Source: Octopus bimaculoides (taxonomy: Eukaryota). From it: a stretch of 48,017 nucleotides of DNA. The notes below the pieces were generated by a model. It saw nothing but the letters and a program-made list of their open reading frames with translations. It made no database searches and was not told where the DNA came from. The translations under genes and the position numbers were made by a program. Below are positions 34,061-46,499 of the stretch, in pieces (positions within the stretch are counted from its first letter, which is position 1; the number at the start of each line of letters is the position of its first letter). The DNA lies in contig NC_068981.1 in assembly GCF_001194135.2 (NCBI RefSeq), positions 198,360,225 to 198,408,241 of the forward strand, in the 5' to 3' direction.

Positions 34061-34598
34061 CTAGAAAACAAAGAAACAACGTTGAGAATGAGCAACATGA
34101 AAATATTACACAGAATATCATCATCATCATCAACATCACCACCATCACCGTCATCACTGTCGTCATCATCATCAAACATATCTTTTCCTGCTTAATCTTT
34201 GGAACTTGTAACCAAAAGAGCTGTTATCTTTGCACCAACTTACTTTTCAATCAATATCACATGTTCTTATAACCAGAATCTTCTCCTTTGCATGTGATAT
34301 CTATTCCTATTCATACGCAGAGGAGTCGCACCCCCACCCCCTCCATGCGTCTATATCCATTCAACACACAGAGTACATCCAAGAAATCAAAAGCATCTGA
34401 TTTCTGCAGAGATTCCAGGTGTTGTTGGTTTTGTTGATGAACCTATTTGGTGTGCAGTAATCCCTCCACAATCATGGCTGTTATGTTTCAAAACCTCCCA
34501 CAGAAATAAATAAAATCTTAAAAAAATATAAATACTTATTGGCTGCAGAAACCCAGATAAGCTGAGGAGTTTGTGATATAAATTTCCATATAAGGATA

Positions 34599-34770
34599 GG
34601 CGCAGGAGTGGCTGTGTGGTAAGTAGCGTGTTTACCAACCACATGGTTCTGGGTTCAGTCCCACTGCGTGGCATCTTGGGCAAGTGTCTTCTACTATAGC
34701 CTCGGGCCGACCAAAGCCTTGTGAGTGGATTTGGTAGGCGGAAACTGAAAAGAAGCCCATCATATATATG

Positions 34771-34803
<33 letters not shown>

Positions 34804-34998
34804 TTGTCCCCCAACATCGCTTGACAACCGATGGTTGTGTGTTTACGTCCCCGTAACTTAGCGGTTCAGCAAAAGAGACTGATAGAATAAGTACTAGGCT
34901 TCCAAAGAATAAGTCCTGGGGTCGATTTGCTCGACTAAAGATGGTGCTCCAGCATGGCCACAGTCAAAAGACTGAAACAAGTAAAAGAGTAAAAGAGA
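34599..34998 (+). mobile_element. SINE family A, full length
   Basis: As 33378-33795, with high similarity. Confidence 0.92.
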
Positions 34999-35365
34999 GA
35001 TATATTAGCCAGAAAAAATCTGTGATGTACTAAATGCATGAGAGGTGAACCATGATATGGTTCACCTCTCACGCCATACTTTGGCTCACAGTCATTCCAA
35101 CCATCTTCAATGAAGACTCAGAAGAGCACCAAGAAAAGTGCCGAGTCAGATTTAGATCCATTTACAAACTAAGTTCAAATTATCCAGGAGTTTTGTATCA
35201 CTTCAAGGTTTCTAGAAAACATAGAATTAAATAATTAAACAGTTTAATTGAATACAACAAGATTGATAATATATCCTGCTATCATGAGCTCCTTCATTAC
35301 CAATGTTCTTGTTAATCAAGATAATATTATTTACTTTAATCAAAAAGTCCTGTAAATTATAAAGT

Positions 35366-35535
35366 GCAGGTGTGGTTGTGTGGTATGAAGCTTGCTTCCC
35401 AACTACATGGTTCCAGGTTCAGTCCCACTGCCTAGCACCTTTAGCAAGTGTCTTCTACTATAGCCTCTGGCCAAGGAAAACCTTGTGAGTGGATTTAGTA
35501 GGCAGAAACTGAAAGAAGCCCATCATATATATATA
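35366..35535 (+). mobile_element. SINE family A 5' half
   Basis: Head through gaaactgaaagaagcccatcatatatat. Confidence 0.8.
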
Positions 35536-35662
35536 TATGGAGTTTCTGCCTCACTAACAGGAATTACACCACAGTTATTTTGTGATCTTTGCTACCTTGG
35601 TTTCTATTAACCCATTTATTCTATCCGAATTATTATTTGTTAGGATAAAATAAATATATAAT

Positions 35663-35665
<3 letters not shown>

Positions 35666-35728
<63 letters not shown>
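35666..35728. repeat. (TA)n microsatellite
   Basis: Direct inspection. Confidence 0.95.
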
Positions 35729-35731
<3 letters not shown>

Positions 35732-37354
35732 GAAAATATAAATATTATTAACATAACAATATTATTATCCAGCAGAAATAGAGAACCATATAGGTAGAAT
35801 AATAAATATATAAAGCAGTCGTACATGAAGTATGATCACTGCCCGTAAATATTCAGTGGAACTACATATCATTAAAAGCTTACCTGCTGCTATTTCTAGC
35901 AATGACCATACTTCTTCTACCACAGCTTTATATATTTATAAACACACACACATGTGTGTGTCTTTGTGTCAGTGTTTGTTGCCCATTACCATTTGACAAC
36001 CGGTGTTGGTATGTTTATGTCCTCACAGCTTAGCAATTACACAAAGGACAGAATAAGTAGCAGACTTTAAAAAAATAAATCCTTGGGTTGATTTGGTTGA
36101 CTCAAAATCATTCGCAGTAATGCCCCAGCATGGCCATAATCCAGATTCGGTTTCACTTCTTGCATGTGGCCTGCTTCTTTTAGGGGCTGATTTCTGCTGA
36201 TCTTTCATAAATATTTTAATACAAAGCAGGTTACTTACAATTTGACCACTAATCCTCATTTCTTCTCTAAATCTATTGCTAATCCTTAATCCTTATTTCA
36301 AGAAGGATAGTACAAGGTTAGATCAAGCTACAGGCTACAAATAATCTCCACTTATATTGAGTTTCGTGAGTCAATTTATGAGTATGGATATACAGAAGTC
36401 AAGATTCTCTTTCATCGTCTTCGAGTCAATAGATTAAGGGACAGACATGCAGTGAAGGCAGCGAAGAGAGTTTCAAATTATTAGAATAAGGGCAACATGG
36501 CCCTTATCCTCCTCATTGTCTAATGTCTGCCTTCCAAGCTAGCATGGATGGGACGATTTCATGGGAACTGGTTAGGCTGAAACCTGCACCAGACTTCTGT
36601 GATTGTTTTGTCAGGATTTTCACAGATGGATGTCCTTTCCTAACACCAACCACCCAGCAGAGTGGACTTAGTGCTTTTTACATGGCACAAGCACAGGCAA
36701 GGTCAGTTCTGGCAAGTTTTTTTACAGCTGGATGCCCTTCCAAACACCAACCACTTTGCAGTGTGGACTGGGTGCGTTTAAGTGGCACCTGCACTGACAG
36801 GATCACTTTTGTGCTCTGCATCCATATTTAGATTTTAATTATTCACATCATTTGGTAGAATTGGTAGAACACTGGTATAAAATAACATGGTTACCTCCCT
36901 TTATGATCTGGACAAACTGACATGATTACCTCCCTTCCTCTTAGGTAAAACTGGTACAAGATTAGTGAAAAGCACAAAGTTGGCTGCTACTACACTAAAC
37001 TGACTTTACCCATTGCCTTCCCATAAAAATCTCAATAAAAATCTGTTGTAGTTGATACAATACTGAAGGTCACATAATTGACTAAACACTTCAGGTGGTA
37101 TTCTAGCAGGGTTACAGTCCAAAGAATAAAACTGCTCAAAGATTTCCCAGTAAATAAAATGTAATCTTGTGCAGAATCTTCTCTTTTTGTGGTAAAACTG
37201 TTAATGGTAAAAAGGAAATCTTTTACTCATCTCCTTTCGTTATTCATTCCACATTTTAATCGTCCCATCATTGCTAGGGTGAATATCTAATGCTTTACAA
37301 GGTATTAGTGTATCTCAGGTAACATAGTTGTGGTCTTGTCTCGATAGATAACAG

Positions 37355-38730
37355 AGCAATGCCATTAGTAGGATGGTGAGATGGGGTTCTATGCGAAGAG
37401 AAGTAAAGGTAAGTTAGGAGGAATGCACAGGGAGAAGGAAGTAATACTTGAGAAGTTAGCAATTAGTGATGGGGAAAACAAGAGGTGAGAATGAAAGATA
37501 ACAGAATTATGGAAAATGTAGAAAAAATTATGGAAAATGTAGAAAAATGACAGAATGAAAAATTAAAAATCTAAAGATGATGAGAAGTTGAGGTAATGAG
37601 AAAGGTTTTCATAGATTACATGAACAGTGAAGAGGCCATTGGAAAGCCTCGTTTGAAAATCCCAGAAAGTCTTGTGTTTTCAAATTGTTCAAAAGTTTGA
37701 AAGGTCTAACGATTTTTTGAGCGATAGATAGATAGAAGTCACACCCTCAGATACTACCTCACCCACAACAACGTACAGAACACATGTTGTCTGAACCAAT
37801 GCCCCATCAAAGCCAAACAGCTAACGTGATAATATGAAATGACTAGTACTCGTGGGGGAAAATATAATGGATTGACTAAACAACAACTTCACGTCAGAGC
37901 GAAAGAACATCTTCACAAGGCCACAATCCCCAACTCCTTATTCCAACACTGCGATGGGCAGTTCTCCACCCGGATACTGGCCGGGAGAGCGAATGTAGTC
38001 AACCTACAAATAAAGGAGGCACAATTCATCAGGAACAGGGTACCCAGCCTCAACTGCCAGAATGAACTTGGTGGCTGGAATTTCATTTACTGCCTTCAGA
38101 ACCTCTAACCAATGCCAGCAGTAATAGCAATCATGGAATGTCTGATGAAGGGTTATAGATCCAAAAGTGCTCACTTAACCCATTAACCCAAGAACTAGCA
38201 ACAAGGATATACACAGACCACACACCACCATTAGGTTCCGTCTATGTATTTGTCTCTCTACCTATCTATCCATCTGTCTCTCTGTCTGCTTGTCTATCCA
38301 TCCATCCATCTATCCTTCTATTTGTCAATCTCTCAAAAAAACTGTTAAACCTTTTGAACTTTTGAACAACTGAAAAATTGAAAAAAGAAAAAAAGAGACG
38401 TTCTGGGATTTTCAAATGAGGATTTCCAAGGGCCTCCTCACTGTTCACTGTTTGTGTAATCTATTAAAATCTATTAAAAACCTTTCACAGTACCTCAGCT
38501 GATCATCTTTTCATTTTCTCATTTAAAAAATTTTTTCATCAGCTCATTTTTCTTCATTTTTCAATTCTGTCATCTTTTATTCTTAATTCTCAGTCCCCCC
38601 CCCCCCCTCGCTAATTGCTAACTCCTCAAGTAACACCTCCTTCTACCTGTTCATTCCTCATAACTTAGCTCAACTTCTCTTAGCACAGCATCCCCCACCA
38701 CCACCACCATCCTAGTAACTGCATTACCTG
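37355..38730. repeat. ~400-bp diverged inverted arms (37355-37740 / 38320-38730) flanking the Penelope-like remnant
   Basis: Shared blocks, e.g. acttgag.agttagcaattag, aacagtga.gaggcc.ttggaaa.cctc.tttgaaaatcccagaa, ttgttcaaaagtt; roughly 70-75% identity by eye. Confidence 0.75.
37760..38200 (+). mobile_element. Penelope-like element remnant (GIY-YIG endonuclease C-terminus plus pLTR-like motif)
   Basis: NVI/YEMTSTRGGKYNGLTKQQLHVRAKEH...F.TRILA...NLQIKEAQFIRNRVPSLN fits VVY..C...YIG.T...L..R.KEH...EAL.I....P.LN; CTGATGA at 38142. Confidence 0.75.
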
Positions 38731-39130
38731 TAAGTGTAAGATCTTTAGAATTGAATAAGCTGACTAGCGTTGGCTCCAGCCAATCAGACACAAATGTTGA
38801 TAGAGTTCCAGCCAATCAGACACTAACATTGGCTCCATTACAGCCAATCAGACACAGACAAAATATTGCTTAGATATTTTAGTAAAAGAAACTTATTTAG
38901 TTGTTGAGTGAGTGTTGTGGGGTGGGGTTTAGTTGTTCTTCGCTTTTAGACATCAACACAATATCTGACACCACTGTTTTAAAAGAAGGCAGAGACCATT
39001 GTTTTAACTGCAATATTTTAGATAACTGCAATACAAAAGAATTTTTATTAATATTTTAGGGTCTGCTTTTTTTTATTGTATTATTAACAAGGATGTCCAG
39101 AGTAGGATGCTTCTACACAGAGTAGACCAT

Positions 39131-39690
39131 CATCAACATCATCATCATCATTTAGCATCCGTTTTCCATTCTGGCATGGTTTGACATGAACTGGTAAGCT
39201 GGAGAGATGCACCAGGCTCCAGTCTGTTTTGGTTTAGTTTCTACAGTTGGGTCCCCTTCCTAATGTCAACCACTCTACAGAGTGTACTGGGTGCCTTTTG
39301 CATGTTACCAGCACAGGTGCCCTTTTCGTGTCACTGGCACAGGTGCCTTTTACATGTCACTAGCACAGTGCAGGTGACCCGCCTTTTACGGGTCACCTGC
39401 ACTGGGTCTACCTCTACCACAAGTTTCCTCCACAGTTAGAGATTGGCACTTCTTTACACTGGTGTCCTCATCTCTATGCTTCATATGACCATACCAATGC
39501 ATTCGTCTCTCTTACCCACCATATCTGATGCCTCTTGTGTCCAACTTCTCTCTCGGGATGCTTACACTCAGTCATAAATGCACACTGACATTGCACATCA
39601 AGCAAAGTATACTAGCTTCATTTCTTTCAAGCCTCAGTATGTTCTCTGCATACACAGCCTATATTTCACTGCTACGTAGTACAGTTGTTT
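39131..39690 (-). mobile_element. RTE LINE 3' fragment
   Basis: (atc)n tail at 39131; remnants LERNEASIL, IRWVRERRMHWYGHM. Confidence 0.8.
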
Positions 39691-39739
39691 GCAAACAAAC
39701 AGACATATGTGGAGATATATATACATATGTGTGTGTGTG

Positions 39740-40138
39740 ACTAGTGATCAAGACTTTTGGTGATATGCTGTGCTTGAGAAGTCCCGTCAAGCCAAGTGAA
39801 ATTATAGTCGTGGCTGATGCTGGTGTCACGTAACTGGCACCCATATCGGTGGCACGTGAAGAGTACCTTTCAAGCTATGGGCCTCACGGAGGCAAAGTGG
39901 CTGAGCTCTTTTCGAGTGTTGGGTCTCACAGAGGCAAGGACTGAGACCTTTGGCATTATGTCATGCTTGAGAAGAAGACCCATCGAATCAAGCAAAATCA
40001 CAGTCATGAGACATACCCTAGGAAGGGCATCCATCCATAGAAACCTTGCCAGATCAGACTTGAGTCTGGTGCAGCCTTCCAGCTTGGCAGCCCTGGTCAA
40101 ACCATCCCACCCATGCCAGCATGGACAGTGGACGTTAA

Positions 40139-40179
<41 letters not shown>
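39740..40179 (+). mobile_element. RTE-derived 3' element with long (GAT)n tail
   Basis: ttgggtctcacagaggcaagg...gacgttaaat(gat)13. Confidence 0.85.
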
Positions 40180-40180
<1 letters not shown>

Positions 40181-40591
40181 GTTTCTCACTAATAATCTCT
40201 CATTTGTCAAGTGGTGGTGATATTTAATGTAGACTAGTCAGACTGAAATTATATGCCCCAGCAACAGAAAGCTAGATTATAGATGCAACAAGATTGAACT
40301 TACAAACAATACTGCCAGTAGCCCAGCACTGAAATGAGTTCAAATTCTAATTTTATCTCAAACAGTCAATTTAGAATAAAATATATGACAAAGAATGTAT
40401 TACAACGCAAGAGATTCAGCAACAGTACTTTGTAATAAAGACAAATTGCCAACACAACATAAATTACAGCAACATTCGTCCTAAACCAGGACTGCCATGT
40501 TATGTTGGCAAAGAATCTTTACTACAAAGAATGTGTAATTTAAAACCCAAAACAAAAAAAAACATGAGAACAAAAGGAACTGTTTACTTAC

Positions 40592-40735
40592 GTCAAGTGC
40601 ATCGGCTTGATTACGCACAACAGATCTCCGAAATAGATTATAAAGACTGTTTAAAGCCACAATAATATGAGAGCTTCTGTCTTGATAGGTTTGCAGAGAG
40701 AGTAAGATCTGCTCTTCATTGGCATCACCTGTGAT
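40592..40735 (-). CDS. ZER1: ZER1 exon: ITGDANEEQILLSLQTYQDRSSHIIVALNSLYNLFRRSVVRNQADALD
   Basis: tttag| acceptor and |gtaagt donor; 144 nt, phase 0-0; matches the 'VSGDKNEEQVL' segment. Confidence 0.93.
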
Positions 40736-41047
40736 CTAAAGGAAATAACAGCAATATAGCATTTGAAATGAGAAAAAAAAAAAAAAAGAAAAAAAAGAAT
40801 CCCAGATAAACAGGGTTTCAATAAGTAAACCACAAACATGGGTTTCAGGTTCAGTCTGAGATCAACCAAAAGCTTGTGAGTGGATTTGGTAGACGGCAAG
40901 CAAAAGAAGTCTGGTTTGGCACTGAGGGACAGTTGTAAAGGAGTACCACTGTTATACAAGCAGTGTCCCTTTGTTTCCAATCTCCCTTGAACACATGCCT
41001 GGCAATGAGGGAAACATAACCTTGTGAGGGAATAGGTGTGGGTTGGA

Positions 41048-41141
41048 AGGAGGAGGAGGAGGGGGGAGGAGGAGGAAGAAGAAGAAGAAGAAGAAGAAGA
41101 AGAAGAAGAAGAAGAAGAAGAAGAAGAAGAAGAAGAAGAAG

Positions 41142-41170
<29 letters not shown>
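41048..41170. repeat. (GGA)n(GAA)n microsatellite
   Basis: Direct inspection. Confidence 0.95.
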
Positions 41171-41172
<2 letters not shown>

Positions 41173-41552
41173 GGGGGCAGGAGGTGGCAGTAGTAAGTGG
41201 ACAGTATCTACTGAGGGTAGACAGCAGAAAATACAGTGCTATCGTTAATCAGAAAACAATTTGAGAAAATAATTAAAATTTAGAGTTTAAAATGTGATTT
41301 ATTTCAAATCAATTTAAATTAAAACAAGACAAAAAAAAAACATAACAAGCATAAAGATTACGACCGAGCTGAGCTTCAATGCATGGCACACAAGCGGTAG
41401 AGTTTGTCTGTCAACCTTGGGGGAGGGGGATTTTAGGGGACCCCACTCAATGACAAACATTCAGGTCTCCAGTTTGATAACTTCCTCTTTTCCTCCTTAA
41501 ATTGTGGTGAGCATTGCTTTTAGAGAAAAAACCCCCCACATCAGATATATAA

Positions 41553-41740
41553 CCCTTTAGCATTTAAAGCAACCATGTCTGGTCCAAACATTCCATCCTA
41601 CTTTATGGCCAGATCTGGCATCTCACATCTACCCTACAAGTTTAGTTACCTCATCAGAATCTGAAAGCTACAAGCATGATTAATACAAAACAAAGGGAAT
41701 GAATAAGCATCAGTTTTGCCAGAATGTGAATGCTAAAGGG
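41553..41740. mobile_element. piggyBac-like MITE (opposite orientation to 15896 copy)
   Basis: aa|ccctttagcatttaaa...gctaaaggg|ttaa. Confidence 0.7.
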
Positions 41741-41825
41741 TTAAGCGTGTCTTGGTTACTGATTGTTAAATGAAACTCTTTGAGAACAAAGTTGGATATT
41801 TCACCTTTTAGAGGAGAGCATTGAG

Positions 41826-42215
41826 TGTTGATGGTGGTGTTGCTGTTGATGTTGCTGTTGATGTTGATGTTGATGGTGGTGTTGATGTTGATGTTGATGG
41901 TTGATGGTGTTGTTGGTGGTTGATGGTGTTGTTGGTGGTGTTGATGGTGTTGATGTTGATGTTGATGGTGTTGTTGATGTTGATGTTGATGTTGCTGTTG
42001 ATGGTTGATGGTGTTGTTGGTGGTGTTGCTGTTGATGTTGATGTTGATGTTGATGTTGATGTTGATGTTGATGTTGATGGTTGATGGTGTTGTTGGTGGT
42101 GTTGCTGTTGCTGTTGATGTTGATGTTGATGGTGTTGATGGTGGTGTTGCTGTTGCTGTTGATGTTGATGTTGATGTTGATGTTGATGTTGATGTTGATG
42201 GTGGTGTTGCTGTTG
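41826..42215. repeat. Cryptic (GTTGAT/GGT/GCT)n simple-repeat tract
   Basis: ~390 bp of interleaved GAT, GTT and GGT triplets; explains the poly-LM/VD ORFs. Confidence 0.9.
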
Positions 42216-42414
42216 AGCCTTAGATATGATACAGCAGGTCTATGGTCAAAAGTGTTCCAGCATCCACCATCACATCGCTTACCAATGAAGGAAATTTGGC
42301 TGCTCTTTCTAGCAGGTCAAGAGACCAGTTTAGAACCTTCTTCATTGGTTCATCTCAATAAATATTGTTTGTAAATATGTTTAATAGAGACATTGTTTTC
42401 TCACGGAGACAAAA

Positions 42415-42865
42415 TATCAGGTCATTAAGAAGGAAATGTCTGGTTTTCTTATGCATCAAGTTTGACAGTCGTTAACTCTAATGTTTATCCTGACAATTCT
42501 TTGTTCTACAACATTGAAGAGTTACATCATCACTTTTTGAAATGCAGTTCATGGTGCCTGATTATATTGTGAGTTTTCTCTTGTAAATCAATTTGTGTGA
42601 ACCCATGGATAGATCAAAAATTCATGTTGTTTATGAATATGAGTTCTGTCATGGAACCAATTTATCCCAGACAGCTCGAAACATCAATGAGGTGTTTGGT
42701 GAAGAAGTGGCAAATGAGTGCACTGTATGTTGATGGTTTGAGGAGTTCCGGTCTGGTGACTTTACTCCTGAAAATCTTCCCCAAGGTAGAGCTGAGACCA
42801 AGGTGGATAATGAGCTTAGAAACTGTAGTGGAAGTGGATACATCTCAATGTAAAATGTGATCTCA
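42415..42865 (+). mobile_element. Mariner 5' fragment (HTH region), pseudogenised
   Basis: ATG 42605: MDRSKIHVVYEYEFCHGTNLSQTARNINEVFGEEVANECTVC*WFEEFRSGDF...GRAETKVDN. Confidence 0.8.
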
Positions 42866-43554
42866 ACATACATCATCAGTTGATGTCTACTTTCCAGGTT
42901 CCATTCGTCAGTTTTGGCATGGTTTCTACTGCTGGAATGCCCTTCCTAATGCCAACCACTTTACACAGTGTTCTGGCTGCTTTTTAAGTGGCACCAGCAG
43001 GGTTACCAAGTAGGTTGCAAGACAAAGACCCCTCAGCTAAGAGAGGGAGGGGAATCAAGAGAGGGGTTCGGGTAGAGGGACAGACACAGCATGGCCAGTA
43101 TACACTAATATAAATTGTGATAAATAGATATCACCCACAGCCAATATTGAAGAAAAGAAAATCTTGCAAGTCTGACCTGGCAGCTTATAGCTTGCTTTTG
43201 CTAATTGTTTGTAGGTGTCAATATAGTTGTAAGCAGACGTATCCCCTTTCATTGCCGTCCCACTCTTAAGCCGGTGGAGCATCAGGGATGTGACAGCTGG
43301 ACAGAGGGAGAGCTACACCAGAAGTTGGCTGGTAGACATGTTCAACTGAAGAGACTAGAGCGTTGTGAAATGAAGTGCCTTGCTCAAGGAGAGACAAGAT
43401 GCTAGCTGGTTCATGATTTCATTCCACAAGGTTACACACAACAATCTATCATGGTGATAAATTGATATCACACAGCACATAGCCACAACACTATACACAC
43501 TGATATATACAACTAAAATATATTCCAATGCTGGCAGCGAACTAGACAGTCTTT

Positions 43555-43830
43555 GCCTGCTGAAATAGCAACCAACTCTACCTCAAATCACACCATATCG
43601 CTAGAAATAGCAACGAAATCTCCCACATATAATCCCTACTTTCAGATAAGAGCAGCTAGGTTTCCTTTCTATTATATACTACTGTATAGAAATAACAATA
43701 AATTTCTCCAACATCACACTTTTCTGTCTAAAAACAGTAGCTAAATTTCCCTCAAATCTAACTCTCTTACCTGCTTGAAATAACAACCAAATCTCTTCTG
43801 AATCATCTCCTGTTACCTAGAAAATGCAGA
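43555..43830 (+). repeat. Degenerate ~40-45-bp tandem repeat (gaaatagcaacc/gaaatctc..caaatca)
   Basis: Motif recurs ~5 times with variation. Confidence 0.5.
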
Positions 43831-44299
43831 GCAACTCTAACACCAAACACTCTTCTGGCTTAGAAAGGATGGACATATTGAATAATCTAGTGCTGAGCAC
43901 ACTGTTTATGGTTACCAATGGGGTGGTTATGGTGGGAATTTCATTTATCATAAATCTACTGGATCAGGATGGAGTAGGAGCTGAATAATAACAATTAACA
44001 AACTTATTAACCATAGATAAAATATTAGTAATTATTAGATTAAAAGTAGATGGCATCATTAAGTTATTTATTCTTTAAACAATTCTATCTTGTTTCATCA
44101 ACCATTGTATTATCTATTTTAGAGATTTATTCTGAACAATTTCATTAGATATGTTGAGGCTGTGATTCACTGATGAGGTCTTAATAATATTAAAACATGC
44201 CCATAATTGTCTTCCTTATTTGCAGAAAACAAAAATGCAAACATTATTAGTCATCAATTAACACTTTATTTCTGGTGAATATTTTGATATTCCATCTCA

Positions 44300-44520
44300 G
44301 GTGGCAGGCTGGCAGAATCATTAGCAGACCAGGTAATTAATGCTTAATGACATTTCATTAATTTTTACATTCTGAGTTCAAATTCCATTGAGTCTGAATT
44401 TGCCTTTCATCCTTTCAGGATTGATAAAATAAATACCAGCTGTGCACTGGGGTTAGTCTAATCAACTTATCCCCTCTTCCCAAAGTTGCTGGCATTGTGC
44501 CAAAATTTGAAACCAATATC
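44300..44520 (+). mobile_element. SINE family B
   Basis: gtggcaggctggcagaatcattagc...ttctgagttcaaattcc...ttgcctttcatcctttcagg.ttgataaaataaataccag. Confidence 0.8.
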
Positions 44521-44714
44521 TGAATATTCCACACATAAAATATGTCGACGCTAACTTTACTTTTTTTTATTTTGATAAGGATAGTTCCTCTGAATTATTG
44601 ATTCTCTTATAAATCAAGCATTTTACAATTGTCTACAATGTTATAATTTCAACAATAAATGCCATGCAAACATTTACAAAAATGATAAATGATAAATACA
44701 GTGAATTGACTTAC

Positions 44715-44808
44715 TAGTTTTGCAGGTATGCTTTCTCGTTCACAAGCATCGTTAGCACAGTTTAAAAGTCCAAGAAAATCAAGAGTTTTCCCATGTAAAC
44801 CAGGAATG
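44715..44808 (-). CDS. ZER1: ZER1 exon: (S)IPGLHGKTLDFLGLLNCANDACERESIPAKL
   Basis: ttttctttgtag| acceptor and |gtaagt donor; 94 nt, phase 2-0; resembles the 'LQFLGL...IPAYK' segment. Absent from ORF track. Confidence 0.92.
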
Positions 44809-44845
44809 CTACAAAGAAAACCAAGAAAGCACTATAATTAATAAC

Positions 44846-44874
<29 letters not shown>

Positions 44875-44878
<4 letters not shown>

Positions 44879-45080
44879 CTGGTGCCAGGTAAAAATCACT
44901 GGTGATGGCGCCCCATAAAAAGCACCCAGTACATTCTGCAAAGAGGTTTGCATTGGGAAGGGCATCCAACCATAGGCACCATGTCAAAACAGATGACTGG
45001 AGCCTGACGCAGCAGCTCTCCAGCTTTGCCATCACCTGTCAAACCGTTCAACCCATGCCAGCATAGAAAATAGACGTTAA
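44875..45080 (+). mobile_element. RTE-derived 3' end, degenerate
   Basis: ggaagggcatccaac...cccatgccagcatagaaaatagacgttaa. Confidence 0.7.
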
Positions 45081-45479
45081 GTGAAATAAGAAATGGCACA
45101 AACGCATCCATTTGCTACAAATCAATGTTTGTGTTGAGGCCACAGGTTGAAGAAATTCCAGGCAGGGAAACAAAACCCAGAATTGAGATGCTTCAAAGTA
45201 AAGTTACCAAAGATTAAAGTTTTTAAGGAAAGCAGAATGTTGCCATCATCAGAGAAGTGAGTGTGCCATATGGGGGAGGGAGTAGCTAGAAATTGCATGT
45301 GGTGTATCCAGTGTTAACTGTAGTTGTAGAAGGAATGCGATGAGATTGCAAACTGGCAAACAGAGGTGGGAAGGGTAGAGGTTGAGCACAAGAGTAAGCA
45401 TCTGTAAGATTACTCAGGCGATAGTCTTTCAAATGCCAAGAAAGTTTCCTTAAAGTTGTTGCTGCTGCCGAGGCACCCT

Positions 45480-45700
45480 TACCACCCGGTTGTGCTTGTT
45501 GCTTGAGTTGCCCTGACTCGTTCTCTCCAGTCTGTTTCATCTGCCACTGCATGTAAGAGGTCATCTCGGCTGCACTCGGAGTCCTCACGCAATTGCTTCA
45601 TGTAGGTTTGATGTGGTCTACCTGCATTTGAGTACCCATGCTTCGGTTCCTAGAGAGGAGTGTCACTGATGATCTTGTTACATAGGTAGTTAGTCGTGGA
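45480..45700 (-). mobile_element. RTE-X-like LINE 3' coding end (different family from the other RTE copies)
   Basis: Minus strand EPKHGYSNAGRPHQTYMKQLREDSECSRDDLLHAVADETDWRERV. Confidence 0.65.
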
Positions 45701-46212
45701 GGTGAGTGTACCTCCATAAATGCATTGTAACCATTAACAATGGCACAGATATACAGTCTTGCTTGAGGACACTACATGCGGCTGAGTATTGACCTCACAA
45801 CCTCACAATTGTGAGTCCAGTATGCTAACCACTATACCATGCTTGATTTCACATTGCTCCACTCCACTCAGCTGGTAAAAATGAGTTGTACTCATATTTC
45901 AAACAGACAGCCACATCACATTCTACATCACACTGAATCTCCTTAAGATCTACATTAACAGTACACGTGTCTGTGAAATACTCAGCCACTTGCATGTTAA
46001 TTTCACAAACAGCTTGTTCTGTTGTTCCCATCACCTAGATCATATGGTCATCATGACCAATGAAGTGCAAGCCTTTAAAATATTAGTGTTATCATCTGAA
46101 ATGCAATTATCTCCATCTCGTTACTTCTTATATAATACCTGCATGTCATTATTTGTTATATAATACAACAGCAGCACAAAAATAAATTAAGGGTTTTGTT
46201 TGTTTTGTTTAA

Positions 46213-46431
46213 CCCTTTTGTTACCAAAATTTCTTTTGAGATGCTCTTTGTTTCTTTCAATTAATTTTAACAAAGAATTTAGTAAAATAACTTAGTTTTA
46301 TCGTTAAGCTAGTGTTAGGAACACAAATTGTAACTAAGGTTTGGTGGAAGATTTTAGTTCAGAACTTTTGAAAACAAGACGTTTGTACTACAGAGCCAGA
46401 GGTGGTTTCAGCCAGGTTGGTATCAAAAGGG
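46213..46431. mobile_element. Second piggyBac-like MITE family (TTAA|CCCTTTTG...CAAAAGGG|TTAA), with truncated copy at ~46460
   Basis: Inverted termini and TTAA on both sides. Confidence 0.75.
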
Positions 46432-46499
46432 TTAAGAATTGTTTCTCTATTATATATTTTAACCCTTTTGTTACTATATTTCTGTTGAGATGCTCACAA

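Noticed and set aside
41036-42374. Poly-E/poly-K and poly-LM/VD ORFs
   Set aside because: Translations of (GAA)n and (GTTGAT)n microsatellites.
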